Shown: positions 30,301-40,653, counted from the stretch's first letter. The stretch is 64,000 nt of DNA from Rubripirellula sp. (GCA_049680385.1 JBAUHR010001023.1:12961-76960), one strand, 5' to 3'. Numbers and translations: made by a program. The notes: generated from the sequence alone by a model not told the origin.

Positions 30301-31697
30301 CCGTCATGGTCAAGGAAGGCGAGGAAGTCAAAGAAGGTACCGTTCTTTGCGAATGGAACCCGTACTCGATTCCGATTCTGTCAGAAGTTCACGGTAAGAT
30401 TCGCTTTGAAGACATCGTCGAAGGTCAGACGATGCGTGTCGAACGCGAGGCTAGCGGCAACGTCCGGATGATGATCGTTGACCACAAGGGTGACTTGCAC
30501 CCGCAGTTGGTCATCGAACAAGACGCCGACGGCGAAGCCATGCTCGAAGTCGGTTCCGTTGGCAAGGCTCTCGAAGTCATCTACTTGCCCGAGCGTGCGA
30601 TGATCGTGGTTCGCGAAGGCGACAAGATCATCCCGGGTACGGTGCTGGCTGAAATGCCGCGTGAAGGTGGTGGTGTTTCGGACATCACGGGTGGTCTGCC
30701 GCGAGTTACCGAAATTTTCGAAGCTCGTAAGCCAAAGGATCCCGCCGTGATCGCGGAAGTCGACGGCGAAGTCGAGATCCTTGCCGAGCGTAAGCGTGGT
30801 AAGCGAACGATCGTGGTCCGCAGCGAATCGGGTATCGAACGCGAACACTTGGTGCCGCACGGTAAGCACTTCCAAGTTCACAGTGGTGACTTTGTGAAGG
30901 CCGGACAAGCGCTGGTCGAAGGCCCATTGGTGCCACACGACATTCTGCGTGTTTCGGGCGAAGAAGCCGTTCAGCAATACTTGCTGCACGAAATTCAACA
31001 GGTCTATCAATCGCAGAAGGTTGAAATCAACGATAAGCACTGCGAGATCATCATCGCTCGCATGCTGCGTAAGGTGAAGATCGAATCGGCGGGTGACACC
31101 AACTTGTTGCCCGGCAGCGTGATGGACCGTTTCCACTTCCGTCATGCCAACGACGACTTGGCCAAGTGCATTCGAATCAGCAAGGCTGGTGCGAGCGACT
31201 TCACCGAAGGCCAAATCATTCCGAAGGAAGTGTTCGAGCAAACCAACGCTGAAATCGAAGCCATGGGCGGCGAACCCGCCAAGGGCAAGCGTCCCAAGAG
31301 TGCCACGGCGAGTACTCAGTTGCTAGGGATCACCAAGGCTGCGGTTCAGTCGAACAGCTTTATCTCGGCTGCGTCGTTCCAAGAAACGACCAAGGTGTTG
31401 ACCGAAGCGGCATTGGCCGGCAAGGTCGACAAGTTGGTCGGTTTGAAGGAAAACGTCATCCTGGGTCACTTGATCCCGGCCGGTACCGGTTTCCGAATCT
31501 TCCAAGAATCGGAAGTCAACTACCGCCGCGAGGCCTTGGAAGAACTGGCAAACGCACCGGTTCAAAGCTTGGAAGAAAGCTTCCCACTGCTAAACGCAGA
31601 CGAGGCCGCCGCTCCATCGCCAACTGCCGAGGCGGAAGAGCCATCCGACATGCCAAGCAACCAAACGCTTGACCAACTGTTGGGTGGACAAGAATAG
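27324..31697 (+). CDS. rpoC: DNA-directed RNA polymerase subunit beta'
   Basis: Zinc finger CACGKY...CDRC, catalytic [18 protein letters not shown] and [17 protein letters not shown]. Confidence 0.99.
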   Translation: MSSGETSNYDRINDYASVRISLARPQDIKGWSFGEVKKPETINYRTYRPEKDGLFCERIFGPEKDWECACGKYRGMKYKGMICDRCGVKVTHSRVRRKRMGHIELAAPVVHIWFFKAMPSRLGNLLDMKTSSLEKVIYFQDYVVIDPGTTELEPRQLLTEEEYRAARQQYGEGSFEADMGAEAVRKLLNLLDLVTLSEKLRVDLVETGSKQKKKDLINRLKIVESIRDSDNRPEWMVLDVVPVIPPDLRPLVLLDSGNFATSDLNDLYRRIINRNNRLRKLVDLNAPEVIIRNEKRMLQQSVDALFDNNRCKRPVLGSSNRPLKSLTDMIKGKQGRFRENLLGKRVDYSARSVIVVGPRLKLHQCGLPKKIALELYQPFIIRRLKELGHADTIKSAKKMLERKDEEVWDILEQVIKNHPVLLNRAPTLHRMGIQAFEPILVEGNAIHLHPLVCKGFNADFDGDQMAVHLPLSIEAQVEAHTLMMSTNNVFAPSNGKPIMSPSQDIVMGCYYMTAEMPDQKGEGMIFSGYDEVDLAFAQGVIAIHARIKMRLPRFQRLKTESGDGVYGAIIDTTPGRVRFNEMLPDGMDYYNQPMKSGDLALAISDCYQRLGRKATIHLLDDMMQAGFRESTRSGLSFATDDLVTPDSKTDFIKKAEKEVMKLKKSYERGLMTGPERYNHVLDEWTAARELITKDMMQAMKNDIREGGWYINPVYLMSHSGARGGIEQIRQLAGMRGLMAKPTGEIIETPIKANFREGLSVLEYFSSTHGARKGLADTALKTADSGYLTRKLADVAQNVVITMQDCGTTQGITKGVVYRGEKVEVSLVDSINGRVSRQSIVNPVTDEIIVRENEMITPDIARNIEAMGLEKIQVRTPMTCDAPLGVCRCCYGMDMSTGSMVEEGMAVGIIAAQSIGEPGTQLTMRTFHIGGSVNKQSVESDIKSKRAGKARFTRMRAVENTEGIPIVLNRNGEITLVDDRGREIESYPIPTGAAVMVKEGEEVKEGTVLCEWNPYSIPILSEVHGKIRFEDIVEGQTMRVEREASGNVRMMIVDHKGDLHPQLVIEQDADGEAMLEVGSVGKALEVIYLPERAMIVVREGDKIIPGTVLAEMPREGGGVSDITGGLPRVTEIFEARKPKDPAVIAEVDGEVEILAERKRGKRTIVVRSESGIEREHLVPHGKHFQVHSGDFVKAGQALVEGPLVPHDILRVSGEEAVQQYLLHEIQQVYQSQKVEINDKHCEIIIARMLRKVKIESAGDTNLLPGSVMDRFHFRHANDDLAKCIRISKAGASDFTEGQIIPKEVFEQTNAEIEAMGGEPAKGKRPKSATASTQLLGITKAAVQSNSFISAASFQETTKVLTEAALAGKVDKLVGLKENVILGHLIPAGTGFRIFQESEVNYRREALEELANAPVQSLEESFPLLNADEAAAPSPTAEAEEPSDMPSNQTLDQLLGGQE

Positions 31698-31733
31698 GGC
31701 TCCGGCCTTTCGCTTTAGCAATCAGTAAGAAAC

Positions 31734-31774
31734 AAAGCCTCGCGTTCCAAATTGGGATGCGAGGCTTTTTGTTT
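31734..31774 (+). terminator. Intrinsic terminator of rpoBC
   Basis: Stem aaagcctcgcgttccaa / ttgggatgcgaggcttt followed by ttgttt. Confidence 0.85.
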
Positions 31775-32057
31775 GACACGAAATCGAGAACAACCTTCCG
31801 TTCAGCACCCAACTCAAAGTGAGGTCCGAGCGAAGTTCCTCCATCTAGGATATTTTCCGGGAAACCCGAAGACCTCCTTGGGTAGTCAAACTTGATGGAA
31901 AGTCACCTGTGCGCCCGGCACCGACGCGTTTTACTTACGCTTCGATCAATAAATCGCTCTTAATGGTGGGCGGTCTCGCTTTCCCATCGCCGACCGGGTT
32001 GCTAGTAGCGAATCGGCGATTGCGAGCAGGAGGAAAGGGGTGGTTTGATGAACGGTC

Positions 32058-32523
32058 TTAAGCAGAAACAATGCTCCCCTTTCCCTTTCTTCGTCCGTGT
32101 GTTGCTTGAGTGGAAATTGCGAGTCTTGGCCATCGAGTAAATTTGCTGAGCACGAACCGTTTCTGTTGGACTTCGGTGGTCGGAGCGAAGTTGATGAGAT
32201 AGCCGGCTGGTTGGCGACTGAGTCGGAGATAGTTGAACAATGGCGTCTCGTGCTCTGGTGTGACTTCGGAAACCGATTTTAGTTCCACGATCAATCCACC
32301 GAACACGATCAAGTCGGGAACGTGCTTCTTCTTGAGCTGAGTCGACTTGTAAATGGGTGATCCGTTTTCCCTTCGCCTGAAGCGGGATGGAGCGAAATCC
32401 AAGCTCAATCTCGAGGCGATCCTGGTAGTACTCTTCGAGCGGTCCACCGCCGACCTCTCGATGCACTTCAAAAGCAGCTCCCACCAAATCGCAACCTTCC
32501 TATGCGAACGGACTGGAATTCAC
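32058..32523 (-). pseudogene. GxxExxY (PD-(D/E)XK-like) protein pseudogene
   Basis: GAAFEVHREVGGGPLEEYYQ is in one frame and HVPDLIVFGGLIVELKSV...LFNYLRLSRQPAGYLINF in another (frameshift near 32360-32375). There is also an in-frame TAG at 32500-32502 after the probable GTG start at 32523. Confidence 0.82.
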
Positions 32524-32686
32524 GAAATCACCTTGGAAGGCCAGAGAAAGAACGTCCAAAAGAAGGAAGCACCGCTGACAAATTCAACCGCCGTTCGTAC
32601 GTAGTCCGCACTGAGTTTCTATTAGCGTCCTGTTAGCGTTGATTGACGGTTCGTCTGGATCGTTGAGGGGTGAGGTTTGCAATTCG

Positions 32687-33943
32687 CTACGCTTCTCGCT
32701 TGGCCAATGCCGACAAGGTCGCTAGCAGTGGGTCGGCGATTGCGTGGTTGGCTTCGTCGGCGGTTGTTTCGCCTCGCAGGACTCGTGCGGCGGTTACTTC
32801 GGCTAAGCACAGCATGCCTTCGTCCACAGCCATTGTTTCTAGGTCTGCTGCGGACACTCCTTCGCCGATTGCGTGGCAAAGGTTGTGATTCAGATGCATG
32901 ATTTCCGGCACACACGTTAACGATGCAAAGCCTGTACTGAAACACTTGTCACAGCCGACCGCTTCGAAGAGTTGTGGTTTTTGGTCCCCCAACGCTTTGC
33001 CGATTCGCGGGCCGATGTCTATTTCGACGTCGCAGACCGGTCGGCGACAACTCGGGCACAGTTGCCGCAGCAGCCTTTGATTAACCACGCCAAGCAGAGC
33101 GCCTGCCAAGAACTTTGGTTTCGTGTCGTACTGCAGCATTGCATCGACCGCCTCGGCGCAGCTCTTGGCATGTATGGTTGCCAAGACCAGTTGTCCGCTT
33201 GCGCCCGCTCGTACCGCAGTCGATGCGGTTCGCGAATCTCGGATTTCGCCAACCATGATGACGTCGGGGCTGTGACGCAGGACGGCGGTCAGTAAGTCGG
33301 CGAAGTCGAGGCCGGCCTTGATGTTGACCTGCGATTGCATGACACCGGGCAGCGAGTGTTCGATTGGGTCTTCAAGTGTGTGGATCTTACGAGTGCCGTC
33401 GTTGAGCGCTTCAACCGCGGAGTACAGCGTGCTGGACTTTCCGCTTCCCACCGGACCCGCGACAAGGACCAAGCCGGACGGGCGATGGATCAAGTCCTGG
33501 ATTGTTTGCAGTTCCGACGGATCGTATCCAAGCTTGTCGATTGATCTTGCGCCGCGCACCGGGTCGAACAAACGAATCGCGATGTCTTGACCGTACAGTG
33601 TCGGGATGCAGCTAAGACGTAAGTCGATCTCGCTGCCGTTGGGTGTGGTCAGCACGCCACGGCCATCAGCCGGCCGAATCGATTCGCCCGCGTCGGCACC
33701 CGCCAGCACTCGTAGATGTCCTTGCAGGCGTTTCCCGTATTGGCGTGCTAGCTTTCGCACCAATTCGATCTTCCCGAGTCGGCGGATCATCACCAAAACA
33801 CAGTGCTCGGAATCGGAAATGAACAGATCGCTGGCGTGTCGCTCGACCGCCCATTCGACTAAGTTCGCTGCATAAACTTCGGGCGGCGAAATCTCAACTT
33901 CGCCCTCAAGCGGTTCGAATTGAACCTTGTCTTTAGTGCTCAT
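32687..33943 (-). CDS. GspE/PilB-family secretion/pilus ATPase (short form)
   Basis: ASDLFI, Walker A GPVGSGKSST, Asp box TLEDPIE, Walker B LRHSPDVIMVGEIRD, His box TIHA, zinc motif CPSC...CDKC. Confidence 0.92.
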   Translation of the reverse strand: MSTKDKVQFEPLEGEVEISPPEVYAANLVEWAVERHASDLFISDSEHCVLVMIRRLGKIELVRKLARQYGKRLQGHLRVLAGADAGESIRPADGRGVLTTPNGSEIDLRLSCIPTLYGQDIAIRLFDPVRGARSIDKLGYDPSELQTIQDLIHRPSGLVLVAGPVGSGKSSTLYSAVEALNDGTRKIHTLEDPIEHSLPGVMQSQVNIKAGLDFADLLTAVLRHSPDVIMVGEIRDSRTASTAVRAGASGQLVLATIHAKSCAEAVDAMLQYDTKPKFLAGALLGVVNQRLLRQLCPSCRRPVCDVEIDIGPRIGKALGDQKPQLFEAVGCDKCFSTGFASLTCVPEIMHLNHNLCHAIGEGVSAADLETMAVDEGMLCLAEVTAARVLRGETTADEANHAIADPLLATLSALAKREA

Positions 33944-34004
33944 CTAGATGTCTTTTTGGGGGAGGCGATGGACGACGGGACACATCATTGCAAAGATTTA
34001 GGGC

Positions 34005-35459
34005 ATGACCGACCTAAACTCATCAGCGTTTGTAGACGGCCCCAATCAACTCTTGCAAAAGCACTTTGGGTATTCGTCATTCCGTGGTTGCCAGCGAGAG
34101 ATCATCGATCACGTTCAGGCGGGCCAGCATGCGATGGTCGTGATGCCCACCGGCATGGGCAAGTCACTATGTTATCAGATCCCCGCATTGGCCATGGATG
34201 CAGACGGTCGCAACTTGGTGCTGGTCTTGTCCCCGCTGGTGGCACTGATGCATGACCAAGTCGATTCGCTGGAACGCCGTGGGATCGATGCCGCGTTTAT
34301 CAATTCGTCTCTTGATCGCGAGACGCGGCTAGAACGCTATGCGGCGGTTGCGGCAGGGGGGTATCGGTTGCTGTACGTGACTCCCGAGCGGTTCCGCAAA
34401 GATGATTTTTGTGAGGCGCTGTCGCATCGTCACGTGCATCTGTTGGCGATCGACGAAGCTCACTGTGTTAGCCAATGGGGGCACGATTTTCGCCCTGACT
34501 ATTCGCGAATCAGTGATATTCGAAAGCAGTTGGGCGACCCAACCACGATCGCACTAACGGCAACGGCAACCGCGGAATGTCGCCAGGACATTGACCGGCA
34601 ACTTGGGATCGAGCCGAGTGAGATTCGATTGTTTCACGAAGGCATCGATCGGCCGAATCTGTCAATCGATGTTCAGCCCGTTTTTGACGAGGACGAAAAG
34701 ATCGAAGCGATCGTTCAGACGCTGGACGATCCGGTCTATCGCGGTGGCAGCGTGATCGTTTACTTCTCGTTGATCAAGACGCTTGAACGTGTCAGTGACC
34801 AATTGATGCAGCGGAGGATTAGCCATGTCGTTTATCATGGCGATTTGCCTCGCGGGAAACGGCGACGAATCCAAGACGAATTCATGACCGGCGATGCTGA
34901 CATCGTGCTAGCCACGCCTGCGTTTGGGATGGGAGTCGACAAAGAGGACATTCGGATCGTGATTCATGCGGAAACGCCTGGTTCGATCGAATCGTACTAT
35001 CAAGAAATCGGCCGCGCCGGACGGGATGGCAAACCGAGCTTATGTCGTTGGCTTTACGATCAGTCCGATCTGATGACCCAGATGCAGTTCATCGAATGGT
35101 CGAATCCGGACGCCGACTTTTACGGCCGCGTTTACACGGCGATCGTCGAACACCCCGAGCCCTGCCGGGCGTTCGGTTTACAGTGGCTCAACGATCGGCT
35201 TCAGCGGGTCAGTCGACACGATCACCGGCTCGCGACCGCGATGGCAATGCTGGACCGCCATGGCGTCGTGGCGGGGCCGCACGAACCGGAGTGCTTTGAT
35301 ATTCTCGGCCCGTTGCCGGCGTACTTTACCGATGACGAAGCACTGGGCGAAAAGAAACGTCGCGATCAACAGCGGTTGTACGCGATGGTCCAATTGGCGG
35401 CCGAAGATGGCGACCGCAAAGAATTCCTGAACCGATATTTCATGGGTTCAGATGCATGA
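34005..35459 (+). CDS. recQ: RecQ-family ATP-dependent DNA helicase (short form, no HRDC)
   Basis: FGYSSFRGCQ, MPTGMGKSLCYQ, DEAHCVSQWGHDFRPDY, TATA and YYQEIGRAGRDG. Confidence 0.92.
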   Translation: MTDLNSSAFVDGPNQLLQKHFGYSSFRGCQREIIDHVQAGQHAMVVMPTGMGKSLCYQIPALAMDADGRNLVLVLSPLVALMHDQVDSLERRGIDAAFINSSLDRETRLERYAAVAAGGYRLLYVTPERFRKDDFCEALSHRHVHLLAIDEAHCVSQWGHDFRPDYSRISDIRKQLGDPTTIALTATATAECRQDIDRQLGIEPSEIRLFHEGIDRPNLSIDVQPVFDEDEKIEAIVQTLDDPVYRGGSVIVYFSLIKTLERVSDQLMQRRISHVVYHGDLPRGKRRRIQDEFMTGDADIVLATPAFGMGVDKEDIRIVIHAETPGSIESYYQEIGRAGRDGKPSLCRWLYDQSDLMTQMQFIEWSNPDADFYGRVYTAIVEHPEPCRAFGLQWLNDRLQRVSRHDHRLATAMAMLDRHGVVAGPHEPECFDILGPLPAYFTDDEALGEKKRRDQQRLYAMVQLAAEDGDRKEFLNRYFMGSDA

Positions 35460-35477
35460 AGCGTGCAGATGCTCAGC

Positions 35478-35684
35478 TTAGCCAAACATGGTTGATTGGA
35501 CTGGCATCACCATCACCGACGGGTTCGCCGTATTGGTGCGGTAATAGTCAGGTGCCCAGCGGTTCAGTTCGATCCACATCGCGATCACGGCGATCAGCAT
35601 GAACAGCATGCTAAGCAACAGCATGACGGTGTAGACGCTTGGTGGCTGTTTGCCACTTCGTTCAATCGAGGGTTGTGTCGACAC
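35478..35684 (-). CDS. Small single-TM membrane protein
   Basis: GTG start at 35684 (MSTQPS...), overlapping the upstream gene end; TM segment SVYTVMLLLSMLFMLIAVIAMWIEL. Confidence 0.65.
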   Translation of the reverse strand: MSTQPSIERSGKQPPSVYTVMLLLSMLFMLIAVIAMWIELNRWAPDYYRTNTANPSVMVMPVQSTMFG

Positions 35685-36510
35685 GGTCGTTCTCCTGCAT
35701 GATGCCTTGGCTGTAATCTTCCATAATTTCGCCGACCGAGCGATCTGGTTCAGTCTTGCGAATCTTGATCTTGCCGATGTAACGACCGCCGCGGGTGACT
35801 TCCAACATGTGGCCTTCTCGCAGCCCTTCGTCGTAACCAATCGAAACCAAGGTCAGGCGACGTGGTCGATCGATCTCAAGAATCTTGCCATTTCGCATCG
35901 GCGGTGCGCCGTCGAGTGGCGCGTTGATGTCGATGCCCTTGGATGTCACGACTTCTTCGAAGCGAGTGACTTGAGCCATCAGTTGTGCGTTGCGTTGTTC
36001 GAGCTGTTGCTTGAAACCGCGAAGCTTGTTCATTTGGTCGGTCAGTTCAAGCGTTTGCGTGAACAGGGCGTCGCGATTTTGTTGTTCGTCGCGGACCTTT
36101 TGGCGAAGCGTCGAGTTTTCGGCGGTCAACCGTTCCAGTTCTTGGGCTCGGCTAAGGTCGGTTTGCGTCAGTTCTTGAACCTGGGCGGTCAGCGCTTGAA
36201 CGCTCGATTCGCTTTGCTGCAGATCGCTCTTTAGCTGGTCAAGCTGAGTCTGCAGGGCAGCCAAAGCGGTGCGGCGAGCAGCCTGTTCGCGGTCGAGCGA
36301 AGCCTGGCTGTTTTCTCGCTGGATGTTGAGTTGTTCGTTTTCACGCGAGATCGCTTCGATCTTTGCCTTCAGCCCTGGTTGACCGTTCACGCCGGTTAAA
36401 ACGACGTCGCGCCAATTGCGGTGCGAGGCGTTAACAGCAAGCGCCAGCACCATAAAAACGGCACTGAGGATCAGGATAAGAGCGGTGAAGGACTTCCCAA
36501 GTAGGGTCAT
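35662..36510 (-). CDS. Membrane-anchored coiled-coil protein with C-terminal small beta-barrel
   Basis: N-terminal TM, ~150-aa heptad-rich region, and VSIGYDEGLREGHMLEVTRGGRYIGKIKI. Confidence 0.75.
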   Translation of the reverse strand: MTLLGKSFTALILILSAVFMVLALAVNASHRNWRDVVLTGVNGQPGLKAKIEAISRENEQLNIQRENSQASLDREQAARRTALAALQTQLDQLKSDLQQSESSVQALTAQVQELTQTDLSRAQELERLTAENSTLRQKVRDEQQNRDALFTQTLELTDQMNKLRGFKQQLEQRNAQLMAQVTRFEEVVTSKGIDINAPLDGAPPMRNGKILEIDRPRRLTLVSIGYDEGLREGHMLEVTRGGRYIGKIKIRKTEPDRSVGEIMEDYSQGIMQENDRVDTTLD

Positions 36511-36718
36511 GGGTGTTTTCCGTAAACGACGAGATCGACAAAGACTGCCACGAAGTATAGTTACGCGGAAAAACGAGTGTCAACGAATTCGCCGCGAAAA
36601 CCGGCAATGACACCCCCTTTTACCGAAACTGACCCAAATGCACGGCGCCGTTCGGTTTCGCAGGGAAAATCGAAATGGCGGAACATGCGAATTAGGCCGT
36701 AAACGAGGCTTTTAAGGG

Positions 36719-37630
36719 TTATTCGGGTTGGTCAACAAATGCTTTTTCCACTTGGCGGATCCCATGCAGGAATTGATCCATGTCGGCGGTTCGAGCTTCG
36801 ACGTCAGGATTCAACGCGTGCATGATCGTTCGTGCCAAACGGGGGTCTATATTGGGGCACCGCTCGGTCAACTCTTTCGGCGGTGATGAGTCATGTTGCA
36901 GGGCGGCTCGGCCGTTGAGCATCTGGCTCTGCCACGGGTGCTCGAAACAGCACAGGCAATAACAAGTCACCCCGAACGAAAAAATATCGACTCGCTTGTC
37001 CGTCGGACGGCGGCGGACAATTTCCGGCGACATGTACAGCGGCGTACCGGTGCGGTTTCCGGCCACCTTGAAAGGAGCCGTCGCCGGCACGGTCAGCCCA
37101 AAGTCGATCAGTTTCACACCGGTCGTTTCCGGCAAGCAAATGAAGTTTCGCGGGCAAATGTCGCGGTGGATGAATCCCTGGTCGTGGACGTATTTCAGAG
37201 CTTCTGCCATGTCGCGGATCATCAGCATCCGGCGGCCTTTGACGTGATGTTCCTGGTGCTGGACGACGATGTTCTGCAGGCTGGGGCCGCCGATGTACTC
37301 CATCACCAGCACCGGTTCGCCTTTGAGCGAAAATCCGATTTCGTAGGTTTCGACGACCTTCGGATGCTTCATCATCATCGCGATCTGGCCTTCGGATGGT
37401 TTGCCAAGTCCCTTGAATCGGGCCTCGAACATTTCCATCTTCTCGATATCCAGAACCTTCACGCCAACCATTCGGTCGTTGTGTTCGCGGTCTTTGGCGA
37501 CAAAAAAGTTGGCCATCGTGCCGGTGACGGCCGTTCGTTGTCGCGAAAACCGTCCTGCAACGTCGATCCGGCCACCGGTTCCTCCACCGCTGGACTTGAA
37601 CGCCGACTTGATGGAATCGAACAGGCTCAT
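36719..37630 (-). CDS. Cytoplasmic Hanks-type protein kinase with atypical catalytic loop
   Basis: VGVK, HPKVV, LVMEYI, HRDICPRN, DFG, GTPLYMSPE and DIFSFG; the Gly-loop is degenerate (TAVTGTMANF). Confidence 0.9.
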   Translation of the reverse strand: MSLFDSIKSAFKSSGGGTGGRIDVAGRFSRQRTAVTGTMANFFVAKDREHNDRMVGVKVLDIEKMEMFEARFKGLGKPSEGQIAMMMKHPKVVETYEIGFSLKGEPVLVMEYIGGPSLQNIVVQHQEHHVKGRRMLMIRDMAEALKYVHDQGFIHRDICPRNFICLPETTGVKLIDFGLTVPATAPFKVAGNRTGTPLYMSPEIVRRRPTDKRVDIFSFGVTCYCLCCFEHPWQSQMLNGRAALQHDSSPPKELTERCPNIDPRLARTIMHALNPDVEARTADMDQFLHGIRQVEKAFVDQPE

Positions 37631-37902
37631 CGGAATGGGTGATCAGGGTTCAGGTATCAGAAGCAAAATCCGGACGCGCCCGGAGCATCGAAGCTCCGCG
37701 CCCACTTATTCTAGTTTACGCATTTTGTTTTGAGCTTGGCACTGCAATCCAAAATCAGAATTGCCGCAATCTGTCGGTGCGTGGGTTCAGAAATCAGCGT
37801 GGCACAACACTTATGCCTTAGATATCGGCTGTTCGGCCGTTTCTCATGCGTCGCTTTGCCCGACGAAGTCGCATCGCGTGGCCGGCAATCGCTGATGAGC
37901 GG

Positions 37903-38787
37903 TTATTTTCCGCAGTAATCGATGGCTCGGGCGATCTCGCTTTTCAGATTTTTGCGAGTCACGATTCGGTCTACATAACCGTGTTCCAGCAGAAATTCGC
38001 TGGTTTGAAAGCCTTCGGGCAATTCGATACCGATGGTTGCCTTGATCGTTCGGGGGCCCGCAAATCCGATCAACGCCTTGGGTTCGGCAAAAACCAGATC
38101 ACCCAGCGATGCAAAGCTGGCCGCGACACCGCCCATGGTCGGGTTCGTCAGCACGCTGATGAACAGCCCGCCTGATTCGTCGTAGCGTGCCAAAGCGGCT
38201 GACACTTTTGCCATCTGCATCAGCGACAGGATGCCCTCGTGCATGCGGGCACCACCGCCCGAAGCCGAGATAATGATCAGGGGAAGCCCGTCATCGGTGG
38301 CTCGTTCGATCAGCCGAGTGAGTCGCTCGCCGACCACCGAGCCCATGCTACCCATGATGAACGCACTGTCTGTGACAGCAAAAGCGACGCGTCGAGCTCG
38401 AATCATTCCGACGCCCGTCATCGCGGCATCGGTTAAGCCGGTGCGTTTTTGTTCGCCCACCAAGCGGTCGGCGTATTTGCGGCGATCCGAAAACTCTAGC
38501 GGATCGACCGGGCGAAGCGATTCGCCCATTGGCTCGAATGTGCCCTCGTCTAGGACCTGGGCAATGCGATCCTTTGCGGAAACATAGAAGTGATGGTCAC
38601 ACTTCGGACATACGTTTAACCGCTGTTCGACTTCTTTTTTGTAAACCGACGATCCGCACCCTGGACACTTCAACCACAATCCTTCTGGCACGCCGCGTTT
38701 CTTTGGTGGCACGGGCGCATCAGCAGACGACGCAGGTGTTTCCTCGGACATCGCAGGACCAGCAGAGTTGGAATCGACGGTAGACAT
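37903..38787 (-). CDS. accD: Acetyl-CoA carboxylase carboxyltransferase beta subunit
   Basis: GLWLKCPGC...CPKC zinc finger, [32 protein letters not shown] and GFAGPR. Confidence 0.97.
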   Translation of the reverse strand: MSTVDSNSAGPAMSEETPASSADAPVPPKKRGVPEGLWLKCPGCGSSVYKKEVEQRLNVCPKCDHHFYVSAKDRIAQVLDEGTFEPMGESLRPVDPLEFSDRRKYADRLVGEQKRTGLTDAAMTGVGMIRARRVAFAVTDSAFIMGSMGSVVGERLTRLIERATDDGLPLIIISASGGGARMHEGILSLMQMAKVSAALARYDESGGLFISVLTNPTMGGVAASFASLGDLVFAEPKALIGFAGPRTIKATIGIELPEGFQTSEFLLEHGYVDRIVTRKNLKSEIARAIDYCGK

Positions 38788-38793
38788 TCAGAA

Positions 38794-38883
38794 TTATTTC
38801 TTGCGGTGACGAATCTTGGCTCGCATACGGCGTTTCTTACGTCCTACTTTTCGCCGACCTTTTCCCGTTCTCTTAGTACCCAC
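38794..38883 (-). CDS. Small basic protein (29 aa, MGTKRTGKGRRKVGRKKRRMRAKIRHRKK), candidate tiny ribosomal/RNA-binding protein
   Basis: Translated by hand. GTG start with SD AGGAGA 9 nt upstream; 17 of 29 residues are K/R; the TAA lies 6 nt before the accD ATG. Confidence 0.72.
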   Translation of the reverse strand: MGTKRTGKGRRKVGRKKRRMRAKIRHRKK

Positions 38884-39164
38884 CTAGTCTAATCTCCTAT
38901 GGTTTTGCGTCGAAAACAGAGTGTCATTCGACATCAAGGCTGAACAATTCCCGCCAGTGTAAATGCAACTGAGGGTCGCGTAGCGTACCAAATCGCAGCT
39001 CCAGGGCAAGTCGGATACCGAAATCGCCGTGGCCCTATCCAAACGGCTGGCGAGAACGGCCAACAGAGGCGTTCGGGAACTTTGCGCCGCGTCCCGATTC
39101 CTTGACCCGGCCTGAGCGCGGTCTTACGATCCCCAAACCACCAAAAATCGGAGCGAATTCCAAG

Positions 39165-40571
39165 ATGTTGCAGAGAACACTCAAACGCCGCCCACGAGGT
39201 TCGGCGATGGCCGTTGCCTTCGTTTTTGCGGCATTTTGCGCCCAATTCGATGCCGTCAGCGACGAAGCGATCCTGACGAAGTCACCGAATGGTCAGCCGA
39301 ATGATCAGGCACAGCCGGTTCTGGACGGCCCTTTCGTGCCGCGGCCGTTTTGGCGGAAAGTGGGCGATGCGCCCACGTTTGCCCCCGATTGGTACGCGAA
39401 TCGTGGCGAGGCGACGATCGAAGTTCATTTTGACGGATCGAAGTCGGCTGCCGAAAACGGCGATCTGTTGAGTCGGACGCTGAGGAATTTGTCGGCGGGC
39501 GACCATGTTCGAATCCATGCAGGGACCTACGTCGTCGATTCACGGTTGGAAATCCAAGCCCAAGGGACTCGATCGTTTCCCGTCACCATCGAAGGGGCCC
39601 CGGGCGAACAGGTCGTCATCACTCGATCGGACGCACGTCAGAATGCCCTGAACGTCGACCGCTCGGAATATCTGATCGTCGAACGACTGACCCTGCGCGG
39701 CGGATCGACTGGATTGAAACTGGAAACCGTCAATCACTTCATGTTGCATGACGTCGAAATCGTTGGCACCGCCAATAATGCGATCGCTGCGAATTCGGGG
39801 AACACGTCCTATCTGTACTTCATCGACAACGAAATTCATGACACGGCCAGTCATGGCGAAGGCTTCTATTTGGGAGCACACGACGCCAAGGTGATCACTC
39901 ATCACACCTTCGTGGTCGGCAATTACATCCACGACCTCAATCACGCCGACGTTGACCAAGGTGATGGTGTCGAAATCAAAGACGGATCGTATGCGGTAAC
40001 AATCAAGCAGAATTTTATCCGCGGAACCAAGTACCCAGGCATCATCGTTTACCGAACCGGTCGTGGACCTGCCGATCGTAACGTGATCGAAGAAAACGTG
40101 ATCCTTGATTCGCGTGACAATGCAATTCAAGCAACTGCCGATGCAATCATTCGCAACAACTTGATCGTCACGGGGGTCATTGGAATCATGTCCAAGCCGT
40201 TCATCACGGATCCGCAAGACTTAACGATCGTCAACAACACGATCATCGCCAAAGGCGACGCGCTCAAAACGATCAACTGGGACACGACCGAATCGACGGG
40301 CATCCGCGTTGCCAACAATGCCATCTACTCGCAATCTGGTCGAGCAGTCGCAAACGGATATGGAAACGCGAGTTCAGCGGCCAACGTCGTCGTCGGTGAC
40401 CTAGCCAAGACGTTCAAGAATATCCAGTTCGACGGCAGCGGTTTGGATGCGACGCCGCTGGTAACGTCGAACTTGTTGGGTGTCGCAAATGCGGCAGACT
40501 TGCCTGAGCTTGATCTGTCGGGACGCAAGCGAACGGACTCGTCCGATGCCGGGGCGCTGAGCCCACGCTAA
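39165..40571 (+). CDS. Secreted right-handed parallel beta-helix protein (pectin-lyase-like fold)
   Basis: AGDHVRIHAGTY, GTRSFPVTIEGAPGE and repeated N-x-I-x-D strands (DNEIHDT, GNYIHD, NNLI, NNTI); C-terminal DLSGRKR...DAGA. Start uncertain (39102-39207). Confidence 0.8.
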   Translation: MLQRTLKRRPRGSAMAVAFVFAAFCAQFDAVSDEAILTKSPNGQPNDQAQPVLDGPFVPRPFWRKVGDAPTFAPDWYANRGEATIEVHFDGSKSAAENGDLLSRTLRNLSAGDHVRIHAGTYVVDSRLEIQAQGTRSFPVTIEGAPGEQVVITRSDARQNALNVDRSEYLIVERLTLRGGSTGLKLETVNHFMLHDVEIVGTANNAIAANSGNTSYLYFIDNEIHDTASHGEGFYLGAHDAKVITHHTFVVGNYIHDLNHADVDQGDGVEIKDGSYAVTIKQNFIRGTKYPGIIVYRTGRGPADRNVIEENVILDSRDNAIQATADAIIRNNLIVTGVIGIMSKPFITDPQDLTIVNNTIIAKGDALKTINWDTTESTGIRVANNAIYSQSGRAVANGYGNASSAANVVVGDLAKTFKNIQFDGSGLDATPLVTSNLLGVANAADLPELDLSGRKRTDSSDAGALSPR

Positions 40572-40653
40572 CAAATGAGAAGACTGGCACTGGATGAACG
40601 GTTTTCTTTGGATAAGTCTTGCGGCGTCTGTCGTTTCGCGAAGGGGTGACTGA

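Noticed and set aside
31800..32050. Possible ncRNA after the rpoC terminator (gaggtc...gacctc)
   Set aside because: Only short stems, with no recognisable tRNA, tmRNA, SRP or riboswitch motifs.
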